Under the pieces are notes generated by a model. That model was not told the origin of the DNA, did no database searches, and saw nothing but the letters and a program-made list of their open reading frames with translations. 64,000 nt of DNA from an uncultured Verrucomicrobiae bacterium (GTDB lineage Bacteria; Verrucomicrobiota; Verrucomicrobiia; Chthoniobacterales; Terrimicrobiaceae): contig CAVPOC010000008.1 in NCBI GenBank assembly GCA_963706955.1, positions 32,001-96,000 of the forward strand, in the 5' to 3' direction. Shown here one piece after another: positions 54,471-64,000 of the stretch. How positions within the stretch are numbered: the first letter of the stretch is position 1; every line of letters begins with the position of its first letter. Position numbers and translations under genes: made by a program.

Positions 54471-55096
54471 TGCCACTCGCCAAAGCGCTCATTATAGATT
54501 GCGACTCGGTATTGAAGATTCCGATCCCTGTGATGTTCAATCCGCCGGAGTACCAGCTTCAGGTCACCAACCAATTCGCGGAGGTCGGCATACCTGGACT
54601 TGGCTCCTCCTTATTGCAGTTTGTCAGAGGAAGCGCCCAGACGCTAACGACAGAGCTGTTTTTTGACACGACCGATAACGGAATAGACGTGCGCGTTCAT
54701 ACGGGACTCGTCCTTGGTTTAACCAGCCTGAATAGCGAAACCCACGCCCCGCCTCGCCTGCTCTTTCTCTGGGGCTCCCTAATATTTCCCTGCGTGTTGG
54801 AAAGCGTGACGCAAACGTTTGATTACTTCAACGCGTTGGGCATGCCGCTGCGGGCGCGGCTGAATGTCACCCTGAAAGGCAACGACACCATTCAGGACCT
54901 TCTCGGCAGCATCCAACTGCTCTCGGCGGATCGCACCAAGCAGTGGATCTTCAAGAGAGGCGATACGCTGCAAAAGATCGCCGCTCGGGAATACGGCGAT
55001 CCCAATAAATGGCGGCCGATCGCAGAGGCTAATAATATCGATAATCCACTGACCATTCCCATCGGCCGAGCTCTAAAAGTTCCCGCTCTAACCTGA
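54470..55096 (+). CDS. CIS tube initiator with LysM (Afp7-like)
   Basis: VMFNPPEY, LFFDT, PPRLLFLWG, GMPLRA, GDTLQKIAAREYGDPNKWRPIAEAN. Confidence 0.92.
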   Translation: MPLAKALIIDCDSVLKIPIPVMFNPPEYQLQVTNQFAEVGIPGLGSSLLQFVRGSAQTLTTELFFDTTDNGIDVRVHTGLVLGLTSLNSETHAPPRLLFLWGSLIFPCVLESVTQTFDYFNALGMPLRARLNVTLKGNDTIQDLLGSIQLLSADRTKQWIFKRGDTLQKIAAREYGDPNKWRPIAEANNIDNPLTIPIGRALKVPALT

Positions 55097-55104
55097 TGTA
55101 ACCG

Positions 55105-56820
55105 ATGGCACTCTCGCAATCGCTGCCCGACGTCTATGTGCCAACGTTTGAGATGACCGTTGGAAATCGGAAGCTGGAGACCTCGCTCGCCAAGAGTATT
55201 ATGGATCTCACGGTTACCGAGCATTCGACGGGACCGAATTCCTTTAGTTTTCGACTGAACGATCCGGAGTTGGCCCTTATCGACGAGAGAAGAGGGCCAT
55301 TCACTGAGGGAACCCGTGTGGAGATCAAGATGGGATTCGTGGGCAAGACGCGAAAGATGATCATCGGGGAAATCTCGGCACTGGCCGCCGATTTACCCAG
55401 CAGCGGTCCGGCCACGGTGCACGTGCAGGGATTCGACTTCTTCCATGGACTCGCTCGGGGCACGGTTTACCGCCAATTTGGTGGAGAAACGCCCAATAGC
55501 GGGATGCTCGATAGTGAGATCGTCTCACGGATCGCCTCGGAAATGCAGTTGCAATCTGACGTCGAACCAACCACTGCGCGTGGGCTGAGAATTCAAAACA
55601 ACGTCACCAATCTTGATTTTCTTCTAAAGCTGGCGAAACTAAACAAATACTTCGTTCGGGTAGATTCCGGGACCCTTTACTTCGGAAGCGAACCCCCGCG
55701 ACGTCCCGAGACGATCCGGTTGGAATGGGGCAAGAATCTCTTGGACTTTTCCCCGCGGCTTAGCACGGCTGGCTTGGTGAATGAAGTGGTTGTGCGAAGC
55801 TGGGATCCGATCCAAAAACAGCGTATTTCTGTGAGCGTGAAGCGCGCCAATGAGAAGCCGAGCCTTTTATCGGAGACTGGATTGAAACAGATCAGTAAAG
55901 GATCGGGCGGGCGCTCGCAGCGTGTCATTGATGTTCCTGTTGCCAATTTGCTCGAAGCGGAGGCACTGGCAGACAGCGTTCTTAGCAATCAGCAGGTCAC
56001 TGCCATCAGCGGCAGCGGCACCTGTCTTGGGGATCCCACGATGCGCGTTGGCGGCAAGCTTGAACTCCGTGGCATTGGTCGCTTCTCAGGAACCTATTAT
56101 ATTAGCACAGTTACCCACTCCATTAGCGGAAGTGGGTACCTGACATCGTTTGAAGTGAGCGATTCAGCCCAAACTACGCGGGAATCTGCCGACGAGCCCG
56201 ATTTCTCGGGTGGTCCTGGTCGCCAGGCGGCCGTCAATGTCTTGATTGGCCTCGTCCTAGATAATCAAGACCCCGAAGGTTTGGGGCGAGTAAAGATCAA
56301 TTTGCCAGGCGTAGCGGAGGATGAGAGCGGGCATTGGGCCCGTGTGGCGGCACCGATGGCCGGCGACGGGCGCGGCATGTTCTTCTTGCCGGAAAAGAAT
56401 GATGAGGTCCTGGTCGCCTTCGAACAGGGCGATGTCACACGACCCTATGTTCTTGGAGCGCTCTGGAACGGCAAAGATAAGCCGCCGGAAGCTAATTCAG
56501 ATGGCCAAAATAATTTTCGTTTGATCAAATCGCGCAGTGGGCATCTGGTTCGCTTTGATGACAGTGACGGCGGCGAGAAAATTGAGATCATCGACAAAAG
56601 CGGGGAGAACAGTCTGACGATAGATACTAAGAGCAATTCTATCTCGATCAAGTCGGCCAAGGATGTCGTTATCGAGGCACCCCAAGGAAAAATTAGCCTC
56701 AGCGCAAAAAGCATTGAGCTGAAGAGCACAGCGGAGACCAAGGTCCAAGCACAAAGCACCATGAACCTTAAGGCGAGCGCAACCATGACGATCAAGGGCC
56801 AGCGGGTAAATATCAATTGA
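55105..56820 (+). CDS. VgrG-like spike (gpD hub fused to gpV/gp5 OB; Afp8-like)
   Basis: LEWGKNLLDFSP, GRFSGTY, DPEGLGRVK, WARVAAPMAG..RGMFFLPE..DEVLVAF. Confidence 0.93.
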   Translation: MALSQSLPDVYVPTFEMTVGNRKLETSLAKSIMDLTVTEHSTGPNSFSFRLNDPELALIDERRGPFTEGTRVEIKMGFVGKTRKMIIGEISALAADLPSSGPATVHVQGFDFFHGLARGTVYRQFGGETPNSGMLDSEIVSRIASEMQLQSDVEPTTARGLRIQNNVTNLDFLLKLAKLNKYFVRVDSGTLYFGSEPPRRPETIRLEWGKNLLDFSPRLSTAGLVNEVVVRSWDPIQKQRISVSVKRANEKPSLLSETGLKQISKGSGGRSQRVIDVPVANLLEAEALADSVLSNQQVTAISGSGTCLGDPTMRVGGKLELRGIGRFSGTYYISTVTHSISGSGYLTSFEVSDSAQTTRESADEPDFSGGPGRQAAVNVLIGLVLDNQDPEGLGRVKINLPGVAEDESGHWARVAAPMAGDGRGMFFLPEKNDEVLVAFEQGDVTRPYVLGALWNGKDKPPEANSDGQNNFRLIKSRSGHLVRFDDSDGGEKIEIIDKSGENSLTIDTKSNSISIKSAKDVVIEAPQGKISLSAKSIELKSTAETKVQAQSTMNLKASATMTIKGQRVNIN

Positions 56821-56830
56821 GGGGCAACCC

Positions 56831-57217
56831 GTGGGAATGCCAGCAGCAAAGAAAGGCGACCAGATCACGGCGGAGGACGTGCACCTTATACAGCCGCCTG
56901 GGACCTTTCCACCAGTGCCCACACAACATCCATTTCGAGGGATTATCACGGGAAGCGTGAGCACTAACGTCAACATCATGGGAAAGCCAGCCGCCATGGT
57001 AAATAGCACTGCGACGAATACGCCGGCGCATCTTCCCATTGGCGGTACTTTCGTGAAACCACCCGCTAACCGCGGCTTGATCATTCGGGGGAGCGCGACG
57101 GTCTTTATTAGTGGCCAACCGGCGGCGCGCAACGGTGACATCGCCATGACGTGCAACGATCCCGCCGATCTGCCAGTCGGCAGCGTCGTCGCTAAGGGAA
57201 ATGTGTTCATTGGCTAA
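56831..57217 (+). CDS. PAAR spike-tip protein (Afp10-like)
   Basis: PAAK, PAAM and PAARNGD motifs. Confidence 0.92.
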   Translation: MGMPAAKKGDQITAEDVHLIQPPGTFPPVPTQHPFRGIITGSVSTNVNIMGKPAAMVNSTATNTPAHLPIGGTFVKPPANRGLIIRGSATVFISGQPAARNGDIAMTCNDPADLPVGSVVAKGNVFIG

Positions 57218-57329
57218 CGGCTTTCGGATCCTGAGTGATGAAAACATCCGCTGATAGTTTAGCTGGCACGCCATCGAGGAACGATGCAGGCGCTGCCACC
57301 TTCTTAGTTGCACTATGTGTTAGATCGCG

Positions 57330-57746
57330 ATGAATGGTGAATCAGATCAACGCAATGAGTTCCTGGGAACAGGAATCGCGTTTCCGCTCAGCGTAACCGA
57401 GGAGGGACTGCTCGCGATGAATGCCCTGGATGATCATGTCCGACAATCCATCCTGCTGATCCTGCAGACCGCCAGAGGCGAGAGGGTGATGCGCCCCGGT
57501 TTCGGATGCGATCTCAACGAGCTTGTATTTGAGCCCCTCAGGCAGACAACCTTCACGCTTGCCGAACATCATGTTAAGGAGGCATTAATCCGATACGAGC
57601 CGCGGATTGAGGTGCTGGGTGTTCAGGTCGGCGTGAACCCAGAGCAGCAGGATGGCCTCCTTATTCGCCTCCGATATCGCGTTCGATCCACCGACACCAC
57701 TTTTAACCTCGTTTACCCGTTTTATGTGGAAAGGGGAGGTTTGTAA
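57330..57746 (+). CDS. gp25/GpW baseplate wedge (Afp9-like)
   Basis: FLGTGIAFP, GERVMRPGFGC, YEPRI, NLVYPFY. Confidence 0.95.
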   Translation: MNGESDQRNEFLGTGIAFPLSVTEEGLLAMNALDDHVRQSILLILQTARGERVMRPGFGCDLNELVFEPLRQTTFTLAEHHVKEALIRYEPRIEVLGVQVGVNPEQQDGLLIRLRYRVRSTDTTFNLVYPFYVERGGL

Positions 57747-60700
57747 TGGCTCTCCCTCCACCGGTTCTCGATCGTAGAGATCACGAGCGGATCGTCGATC
57801 AGCTCCGGAAACTTGCTGCCGAGTATGTTCCGGAGTGGAAGGGCTATCAGCATCCAACCGGAGACGCCGGAGTAATGTTACACCGCATCTTCACCCGGCT
57901 GCTCGAGATCACCCTCGAGCGTCTGAACAAGGCTCCGGGTATGAATCTTGATGCCTTTCTCAACGCCATGGGCGTCAGCCTCTTGCCACCTATCCCGGCG
58001 CGCGTGCCGCTAACATTCTCACTTACCTCGGGCACCGCTCCGACGCGTGTGCCGCAGGGCACTCGAGTAGGCATCGCGCCAAAAGGTGGACAGCAGGCGG
58101 TGGATTTTGAGACGGAAGCGGATCTTACCGTCGTCCCGAGCAGCCTCATCGCCGTCTGGACGATGGATCCGGCATGGGATCGTTCAGCCAATCACTTTGG
58201 GCTAATCGATGGAGGGATCGGCTTCGCACCTCTTCTGGGTGCCAAGCGGCTGTCTCACGCATTATTTCTCGGCGATGAGCAACTGCTCGATTTTCGCAGA
58301 GCGGAGCTGACTATTACCTTCGCAGGTTCTAGTAGCTCGGAGATAGAGGGCCAGCTTAGAAGAACTGTTTGGCGATACGTTTCCGACGGCCGGGCCTTTA
58401 TCCTGCCAGTCAGGGCCGGGGCCACTCCGAATCAGATCACTTTCAGTGTAGTCAACCGGATCGATCAAACGCTGCTTAAAGGTCCTAGCGAAAACCCTGC
58501 TTTGCGCCAGGGCCTGCGCAACCGGTGGCTGCATGCCGCCTTGGAGCAGTCGCTTGCGGAAGATCCCCGTCCGGAACGTCTAATCTTGAAAGATGTTCAC
58601 TTGTCGATCAGCGTGACAAATTTTCCTCCCGACTTTGCGTTCGCAAACAATGCGCCGATCGATGTCAACATGCCTTTCCAACCATTCGGTGAGCAGCCGC
58701 AGGTCGGCGACGCGTTCTACCTGGCTTCTTCCGAAGCGTTCTCTAAGCCTAATGCGAGCTGGATTCTTAGTTTTGAGTTCCCTAAAGCTCCGGATGGGCC
58801 CCCAGGCGTGCCAGACGATTCGCGATCAGCGGCCAAAACGGTCCTGGAATGGGAATTTTTCGGCCCAACCGGCTGGACGAAATTCGAATCCGTCACAGAT
58901 GAAACCGCCTCTTTGTCGAAATCGGGAGCTGTGGTCCTAAAATCGGGCGACTTGACGATGGGCGCGGTCAATGGAGAGAATGGCCTCTGGATTCGTCTGC
59001 GAATCCAGTCTGGCGACTTTGGAAGAGCCGCCGAGTACATCGCAGTGGATTCCGGAGACCCCTCCAAGGGCTTCACGCTGAAAAAGGACACCGGCAATTT
59101 GGCTCCTCCGCTCGTGACAAGGTTGACTCTCAGTTATCAGGCGAACGATGTTCCGGAAGCGGTAATTACCCAGAACGGCTTTCTGTTGGCGGAACAAACC
59201 GTGCCCAACGCCAAGGGGTTCCAGCCTTTTGTCACTCTTCAACATTTGACGCCCTCCCTTTACGCCGACACCGTGCCGTCCCTCTATCTTGGGTTCGACA
59301 AGCTTTCCCCCGAAGAGGTAATGACCCTCTTTTTCGTCGTCGTGCCCCGATCGTTTTCGGGGGACTCGGAAGCCCAGCGTGCCGCAGCTCCGACCTTGCC
59401 GGAGCAATCCCTGCACTGGGAGTATTTTAATGGCGTGACATGGGTCGAGTTGGCCGTGGTTGATCGGACCAATGCCTTCACCGAATCTGGGATGGTCGAC
59501 ATTTTAACGCCGACTGACAGCGCAGCGTTAGCCAAGTTCGATTTAAAAGAGGTTTACTGGATACGCGCTTTGCTGATCCAGACTAAGAATGATGACAAAC
59601 CGATCCGCAGCGACCCTCTGACCACCCCAGGTCTGCAGGCGATTTTCTTAAATACGGTTCCGGCTGTTCAGGCGTTAACCATAAGCAATGAAATCGTCGG
59701 TTCTGGTAACAGTTTGCCCCGACAAACTCTCCGTCTGACGCAGCACCCTGTCTTAGCGAATCCAAAGATTCTCGTGCTCGAACCTGAAGTTCCCAGCGCG
59801 GTTGAACGAGATCAATTAGAAAAGGAGGAAGGCGCGGACGCTATTCAGCCGCGCGTCAATTCGACCACCAAGCAAATGGAGAATTGGATTCGCTGGCACG
59901 AGGTTTCGGGTTTCAACGGTTCATACCCGCATAGCCGGCATTACACACTTGATCATGGCACAGGAGAAATTGCCTTTGGCGACGGCACATTTGGCCTGAT
60001 TCCTCCGCTGGGAACCAACAACATCGTGGCAAACTATCGGGTGGGTGCTGGTTCCAACGGAAACGTCCCCAAGGGAGCGGTCGCGCAGCTTAAGTCTCCA
60101 GTTCCGGGTATCGCCTCAGTCGCAAATCGGCTCGACGCCGATGGCGGAGCCGACCTTGAGACCGTCGAGAGCGCGCGAGAGCGTGGACCCCAAACACTGC
60201 GGCACCGAGGGCGCGCCGTCAGTCGCACCGATTTCGAATGGCTGGCTCGCGAGGCAGCGGGAACGAGGCTCGCACGCGTCGTCTGCTTGTCGAACACTAA
60301 CCGCACCTTAGATTTCGAGCCTGGATGGGTCACACTGGTCATCGTGCCGCAGGGCACCGAGCAAAGACCGGTTCCGAGCGCGGAACTGATTCAGCAAGTA
60401 GCGAAATCCTTCGGCAACCGCTCCTTCGCCGGTTTGAGCGCACTCAACCTGGTAAACGTCGTCGGACCAAGTTACGTGGAAGTCACTGTGGTAGCGGATG
60501 TCGTCTTGCGCGATCTCCGGCAGGCCTCTCAGGTCAAAGGGCAGATCGTCGATGTGCTCGATAAGTTTCTTCATCCGCTGACGGGTGGACCTCACGCTGA
60601 GGGATGGAAGCTGGGAAGGAACGTCTTTGTTTCCGAGATTGCTAGTGTGATCCACACCGTAGATGGCGTCGATTATTTGAAGAGCTTGCAGTTAATTCCC

Positions 60701-61285
60701 AGCCAAGCGCAGCACCGGATCGAAGTCGCTGCCCCAGGGGTCTGCGAACTCGATTTGCCGGAGAATGCGTTAGTTGTCTCGCGGGATGGCCGGAAATCAG
60801 CTCTTCTGGCCGAACCCGTCGCGGCCGGAACTGAGCTGCGGTTTCTCACCACGAAGGGTTTCCAAGTTGGCGATCGCATCATCCAGAAGCTGAATGCCGA
60901 GATCTTTAACCCTCCTCTTACCATCACTGCGGTCACAGCGGACCGTAAGAGCGCCACGCAGGTTATCGGCATTGAGGCCTGGGGATATGATCGACCAGAC
61001 CCGGGAACCCTGCTCTCGACCCCCGATCATCGTATCAAGCTGCCCGTTTCGGCTCTGGGCCAAGAATCCGCTACCCCACCTCTGCGGTTCTTGACCCTGG
61101 AGGACTTCAGCAAAAATGAGGTCGTCCAAATTCAGCTTTCCGAGCAAGGTTCAACGCCGCCACTGCTCAAGATCCGGGAGGTGTCTCCAGCGCCCAATGT
61201 TTGCGTCGGCGGGATCTCTCTCGTGTGCTCCGGACAACATCGCATCACCGTCAGCGCTCCTTCGACAGCGCAAAGCCCCGCCTAA
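57746..61285 (+). CDS. baseplate J-like protein (Afp11-like), 1179 aa
   Basis: LDRRD, FETEAD, WEYFNG..W, FGDG..G..PP, RAVSRTDFE, FLHPLTGG..GW. Confidence 0.92.
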   Translation: MALPPPVLDRRDHERIVDQLRKLAAEYVPEWKGYQHPTGDAGVMLHRIFTRLLEITLERLNKAPGMNLDAFLNAMGVSLLPPIPARVPLTFSLTSGTAPTRVPQGTRVGIAPKGGQQAVDFETEADLTVVPSSLIAVWTMDPAWDRSANHFGLIDGGIGFAPLLGAKRLSHALFLGDEQLLDFRRAELTITFAGSSSSEIEGQLRRTVWRYVSDGRAFILPVRAGATPNQITFSVVNRIDQTLLKGPSENPALRQGLRNRWLHAALEQSLAEDPRPERLILKDVHLSISVTNFPPDFAFANNAPIDVNMPFQPFGEQPQVGDAFYLASSEAFSKPNASWILSFEFPKAPDGPPGVPDDSRSAAKTVLEWEFFGPTGWTKFESVTDETASLSKSGAVVLKSGDLTMGAVNGENGLWIRLRIQSGDFGRAAEYIAVDSGDPSKGFTLKKDTGNLAPPLVTRLTLSYQANDVPEAVITQNGFLLAEQTVPNAKGFQPFVTLQHLTPSLYADTVPSLYLGFDKLSPEEVMTLFFVVVPRSFSGDSEAQRAAAPTLPEQSLHWEYFNGVTWVELAVVDRTNAFTESGMVDILTPTDSAALAKFDLKEVYWIRALLIQTKNDDKPIRSDPLTTPGLQAIFLNTVPAVQALTISNEIVGSGNSLPRQTLRLTQHPVLANPKILVLEPEVPSAVERDQLEKEEGADAIQPRVNSTTKQMENWIRWHEVSGFNGSYPHSRHYTLDHGTGEIAFGDGTFGLIPPLGTNNIVANYRVGAGSNGNVPKGAVAQLKSPVPGIASVANRLDADGGADLETVESARERGPQTLRHRGRAVSRTDFEWLAREAAGTRLARVVCLSNTNRTLDFEPGWVTLVIVPQGTEQRPVPSAELIQQVAKSFGNRSFAGLSALNLVNVVGPSYVEVTVVADVVLRDLRQASQVKGQIVDVLDKFLHPLTGGPHAEGWKLGRNVFVSEIASVIHTVDGVDYLKSLQLIPSQAQHRIEVAAPGVCELDLPENALVVSRDGRKSALLAEPVAAGTELRFLTTKGFQVGDRIIQKLNAEIFNPPLTITAVTADRKSATQVIGIEAWGYDRPDPGTLLSTPDHRIKLPVSALGQESATPPLRFLTLEDFSKNEVVQIQLSEQGSTPPLLKIREVSPAPNVCVGGISLVCSGQHRITVSAPSTAQSPA

Positions 61286-61286
61286 C

Positions 61287-62318
61287 ATGCCGCTGCCAAT
61301 TCCCCCTCTCGACGATCGCAGTTTCGACCAATTGGTGGACGAGGCCAAGGCGCTAATTCCAAAACACTTTCCCGCCTGGACCGACCACAACTTTTCTGAC
61401 CCCGGCATCGCGTTTCTGGACCTGTTCGCCTTTCTCATGGAGAACGCGATTTACCAGATCAACCGCGTCCCAGAACGATCGCTCGAACATTTCGCCAGCC
61501 TGCTGGGGGTGGCGCGCCGACCGAGTGAACCCATCGAGATGTTGTTTCGGAGAGTTCGCGAGAAGTTAGACACGCGTGAGCGTGCGATCACTGAGAATGA
61601 AATAGAGCAGCAGATCCTCGCGCAACCGAAGGAGCGGTGGCGGCAAGAACAGAAAATCGCCCGGGCCGAAGTGATCCTGGATTTACAGGCCGCCGACGAT
61701 GTGCGCCATCCGGAACTAACGTTAAAGATCGTCATTGTCCCTGAACCAAGTTCCGAAGAGGACAGTGCTCCAGTGCCTGCCGATAAGCTTCGCCAAGACA
61801 TCTTTGAATTCCTTAGTGAGCGGGTTCTGATTGGCACCCGGCTTAAGATAGTGCCTCCCGACTATTATTCTTCTTTTCAACTTAGAGCTACTGTCGTTCG
61901 CAGCGGCCAGAGCACACTCGATCGGGCGACCGTCCGTCGCAATGTGGCGAACGCGGTTCGCAAATTTCTCCATCCCACTCTCGGCGGCAAGGACGGGCGT
62001 GGCTGGCCATTGGGACGGTCGATCTTTCGGTCGGAGCTCTACAAGGTGATCGAAGGTCTTCCCGGCGTTGACCATGTCCGCGAGTTGCTCCTTCTCGATA
62101 GCCAAGAGGTTCATACCCGCGAGTCTACCGGTGGCGATGCATCGGTCTCTGCGCGACTCGGGGCGGAGTTGTTGTCGCCGGCGGCCGCTCCGCTCCTTCC
62201 GCTCTCAGCGAATCAGCGCCACTCGCCCGAGACCGTCTCGGAGCTGCCTCTGCCCGGGCCCAGCTCGCTCATTCGGTGGACTGAGCGAAGCTTCGAAGTG
62301 ACGGTCGTAGATGAATGA
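61287..62318 (+). CDS. short baseplate J-like protein
   Basis: LDDRSF..WTDHNFSDPGI, RAIT, FLHPTLGG..GWPLGR; start reassigned to ATG 61287. Confidence 0.88.
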   Translation: MPLPIPPLDDRSFDQLVDEAKALIPKHFPAWTDHNFSDPGIAFLDLFAFLMENAIYQINRVPERSLEHFASLLGVARRPSEPIEMLFRRVREKLDTRERAITENEIEQQILAQPKERWRQEQKIARAEVILDLQAADDVRHPELTLKIVIVPEPSSEEDSAPVPADKLRQDIFEFLSERVLIGTRLKIVPPDYYSSFQLRATVVRSGQSTLDRATVRRNVANAVRKFLHPTLGGKDGRGWPLGRSIFRSELYKVIEGLPGVDHVRELLLLDSQEVHTRESTGGDASVSARLGAELLSPAAAPLLPLSANQRHSPETVSELPLPGPSSLIRWTERSFEVTVVDE

Positions 62319-63472
62319 CGGGAACAAAACGAATGCCTAATCATTCCACACGTCCGATTCAATTCCGCGACTATCTCCCGGAGCTTTTGCGTGGGGATGA
62401 GTCAGACGCTAACAGCTTCCAGAATCGCTTCCTTAAAGCCTTTGAAGACTTATTCGAAGAGCTGCAAAGCGTCATCGAAGGCGTTTCATCAGGAGATCTC
62501 CAACTGATTGCCGATTCCGTGCCATCCTCCGTGGACGGTTCCCAGAAAATACAAATCAACCTGAGATCGCCTCCCGATAAGCCGCCAAAATTCCCGGCCG
62601 ATACCTTCGTCACGCTCGCGCGAGGTGACACCGACTCCACCACGCTCGCGGAGGAATATCCCGGAAAGAATCCTCAATCGCTTTTTGTCCGAGATGCCGA
62701 CTTTGCCCATTCGGTAGCAGCGGGAGACGAAATCGTCCTCCACGCCGGTGGTTTGCCAGACTTGTTCAACCCTGATCTGACACCGCCCCCACAGCTCGCC
62801 CGCCGGCTTCACCTGCACGAATACCAAGTGGATCCCGATTCCACCTTTCTGAATTTTCTGGCCAGCTGGATCGGCCTGCCGTTGCGTAACGAGCTCATCC
62901 CTCGGGGAGGTGAAACCGATCCCCAGGGCCAGCTGCGGGTCGATGACGGATGGTACGAGCGACGCAAGGCCCGCTGGAATCGACACCTTGTGCGCAGCGC
63001 CTTGGACATCTATCCCCGACGTGGCACGCGCGCAGGTGTTGAAGGAATGCTCCGAGCCTGGCTCAAAGATGACCTCGGTGAGAACGGAGTTATGGTCACT
63101 GACCTCTTGCGCGCTTATACGGATGTCGATGCCGTTTTTCAGTTGGGCGTCCGGGCAACTCTGGGAGTTGACACTGTCCTTGGCGAGGGGCCTCCCTTCT
63201 TCTTCGTCACCGATCTGGTGGTGGATCCCACGGTGCGCGGGCTGCGCAATCCGGCCGGAATTGATGTTTTCATTCGTGAGGCTCGATTCATCCTGGAAGC
63301 GGAGACCCCGGCCCACACCTATTTCCAGCTCCGGGTCCATGCCCAGACAATGCAATTGGCGCCGCCGCCAGGGCAGGAGGTCGCCGGCGAGATTTATGCT
63401 CAGCTGGGTGAAACCACATTGTTGTGGGGTGAGCCGTCGATCTTCCTTTCGACGCCTACCGAACAACCATGA
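62315..63472 (+). CDS. phage tail protein (P2 gpI-like baseplate component)
   Basis: DYLPELL, RFLKAFE, FLNFLASWIG, YPRRGTRAG, ETPAHT. Confidence 0.85.
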   Translation: MTGTKRMPNHSTRPIQFRDYLPELLRGDESDANSFQNRFLKAFEDLFEELQSVIEGVSSGDLQLIADSVPSSVDGSQKIQINLRSPPDKPPKFPADTFVTLARGDTDSTTLAEEYPGKNPQSLFVRDADFAHSVAAGDEIVLHAGGLPDLFNPDLTPPPQLARRLHLHEYQVDPDSTFLNFLASWIGLPLRNELIPRGGETDPQGQLRVDDGWYERRKARWNRHLVRSALDIYPRRGTRAGVEGMLRAWLKDDLGENGVMVTDLLRAYTDVDAVFQLGVRATLGVDTVLGEGPPFFFVTDLVVDPTVRGLRNPAGIDVFIREARFILEAETPAHTYFQLRVHAQTMQLAPPPGQEVAGEIYAQLGETTLLWGEPSIFLSTPTEQP

Positions 63473-63528
63473 CTCGCACAAATATGACAAATCCTCGCAC
63501 TGCCTGAGGTCAGAAAGAAAACAAGAAT

Positions 63529-64000
63529 ATGCCTGAAGACAACATCAACAAGCGAATGTATTATTTCGACCGTCAATTCTTGCGAGCCCGCGATTTCAAG
63601 GTCGAGCAGCAATATCATATCGACCGCCACCGCCGGCATAATCGCCTGCTGCATACGCCGGGAGTGGCCACGCCGCATGATCTTACGGTTATGGGTGAGG
63701 AGGGAGATCTTTTGATAACAGTGACCGCGGGCACGGCGATAGACAAAGAGGGTCGTGAAATCATACTCCTAAAGCCAAGACCAATAACTCTCCCTTTCGA
63801 ATTGGGTGAGACTCTCGAGGTTGTCATAAATTTTCAGGACAAGCCGGACGATCGGAGCAGTGATCCCGGCCTGGATGACTTCACACGGGTCACCGAAGAA
63901 CCCAATGTTCAGATCGTTGGCTCTGAGATAACACCCGAGCTCAAGCAAATGATCAATGAAGGCACCGCGTTCCGGCTGGCGAGGATGGAGGTGGTGATCG
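63529..64000 (+). CDS. tail-fibre-like protein N-terminus (Afp13-like), runs off the window
   Basis: MPEDNINKRMYYFDRQFLRARDFKVEQQYHIDRHRRHNRLLHTPGV...VTAGTAIDKEGREI. Confidence 0.8.
   Translation, partial: MPEDNINKRMYYFDRQFLRARDFKVEQQYHIDRHRRHNRLLHTPGVATPHDLTVMGEEGDLLITVTAGTAIDKEGREIILLKPRPITLPFELGETLEVVINFQDKPDDRSSDPGLDDFTRVTEEPNVQIVGSEITPELKQMINEGTAFRLARMEVVI

Noticed and set aside
47480..64000. Prophage or T6SS interpretation of the tail genes
   Set aside because: No capsid, portal, terminase, integrase or lysis genes and no TssJ/L/M or ClpV in the window; DUF4255 plus an Afp15-type ATPase points to eCIS

Overview
Bacterial chromosome window, probably Verrucomicrobiota (Spartobacteria/Chthoniobacterales-like; inferred from protein style, not tested). 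It has three parts. (1) 1-14.3 kb is a mosaic of orphan genes and gene fragments: sugar-binding protein, HPr, anti-sigma factor, DoxX, FAD oxidase, adenylate cyclase and TolC. (2) 14.3-36 kb is housekeeping and metabolic: lgt, an exonuclease-DNA ligase fusion, GH130, leuA with a Leu-rich leader, galE/galK/truncated galT, a probable ceramide operon (spt-bcerS-cerR) and a pentulose kinase. (3) 36.2-64 kb is an extracellular contractile injection system (eCIS, Afp/PVC-like). Its frameshift-free structural operon on the + strand (47.5 kb to window end) is divergent from five tandem DUF4157 (eCIS-core) genes on the - strand. The five share an N-terminal leader and the HEXXH core but have unrelated C-termini (RelE/HigB-like RNase, second zincin, beta-rich domain, membrane-type domains), and four of them share a promoter/5'UTR module. 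The operon also holds an unannotated lambda G/GT-type programmed -1 frameshift (G GGA AAA plus hairpin) that joins the tail chaperone to a start-less DUF6760 ORF. Many genes outside the structural operon carry indels; sequencing error and real decay cannot be told apart here. No rRNA, tRNA or CRISPR array was found.
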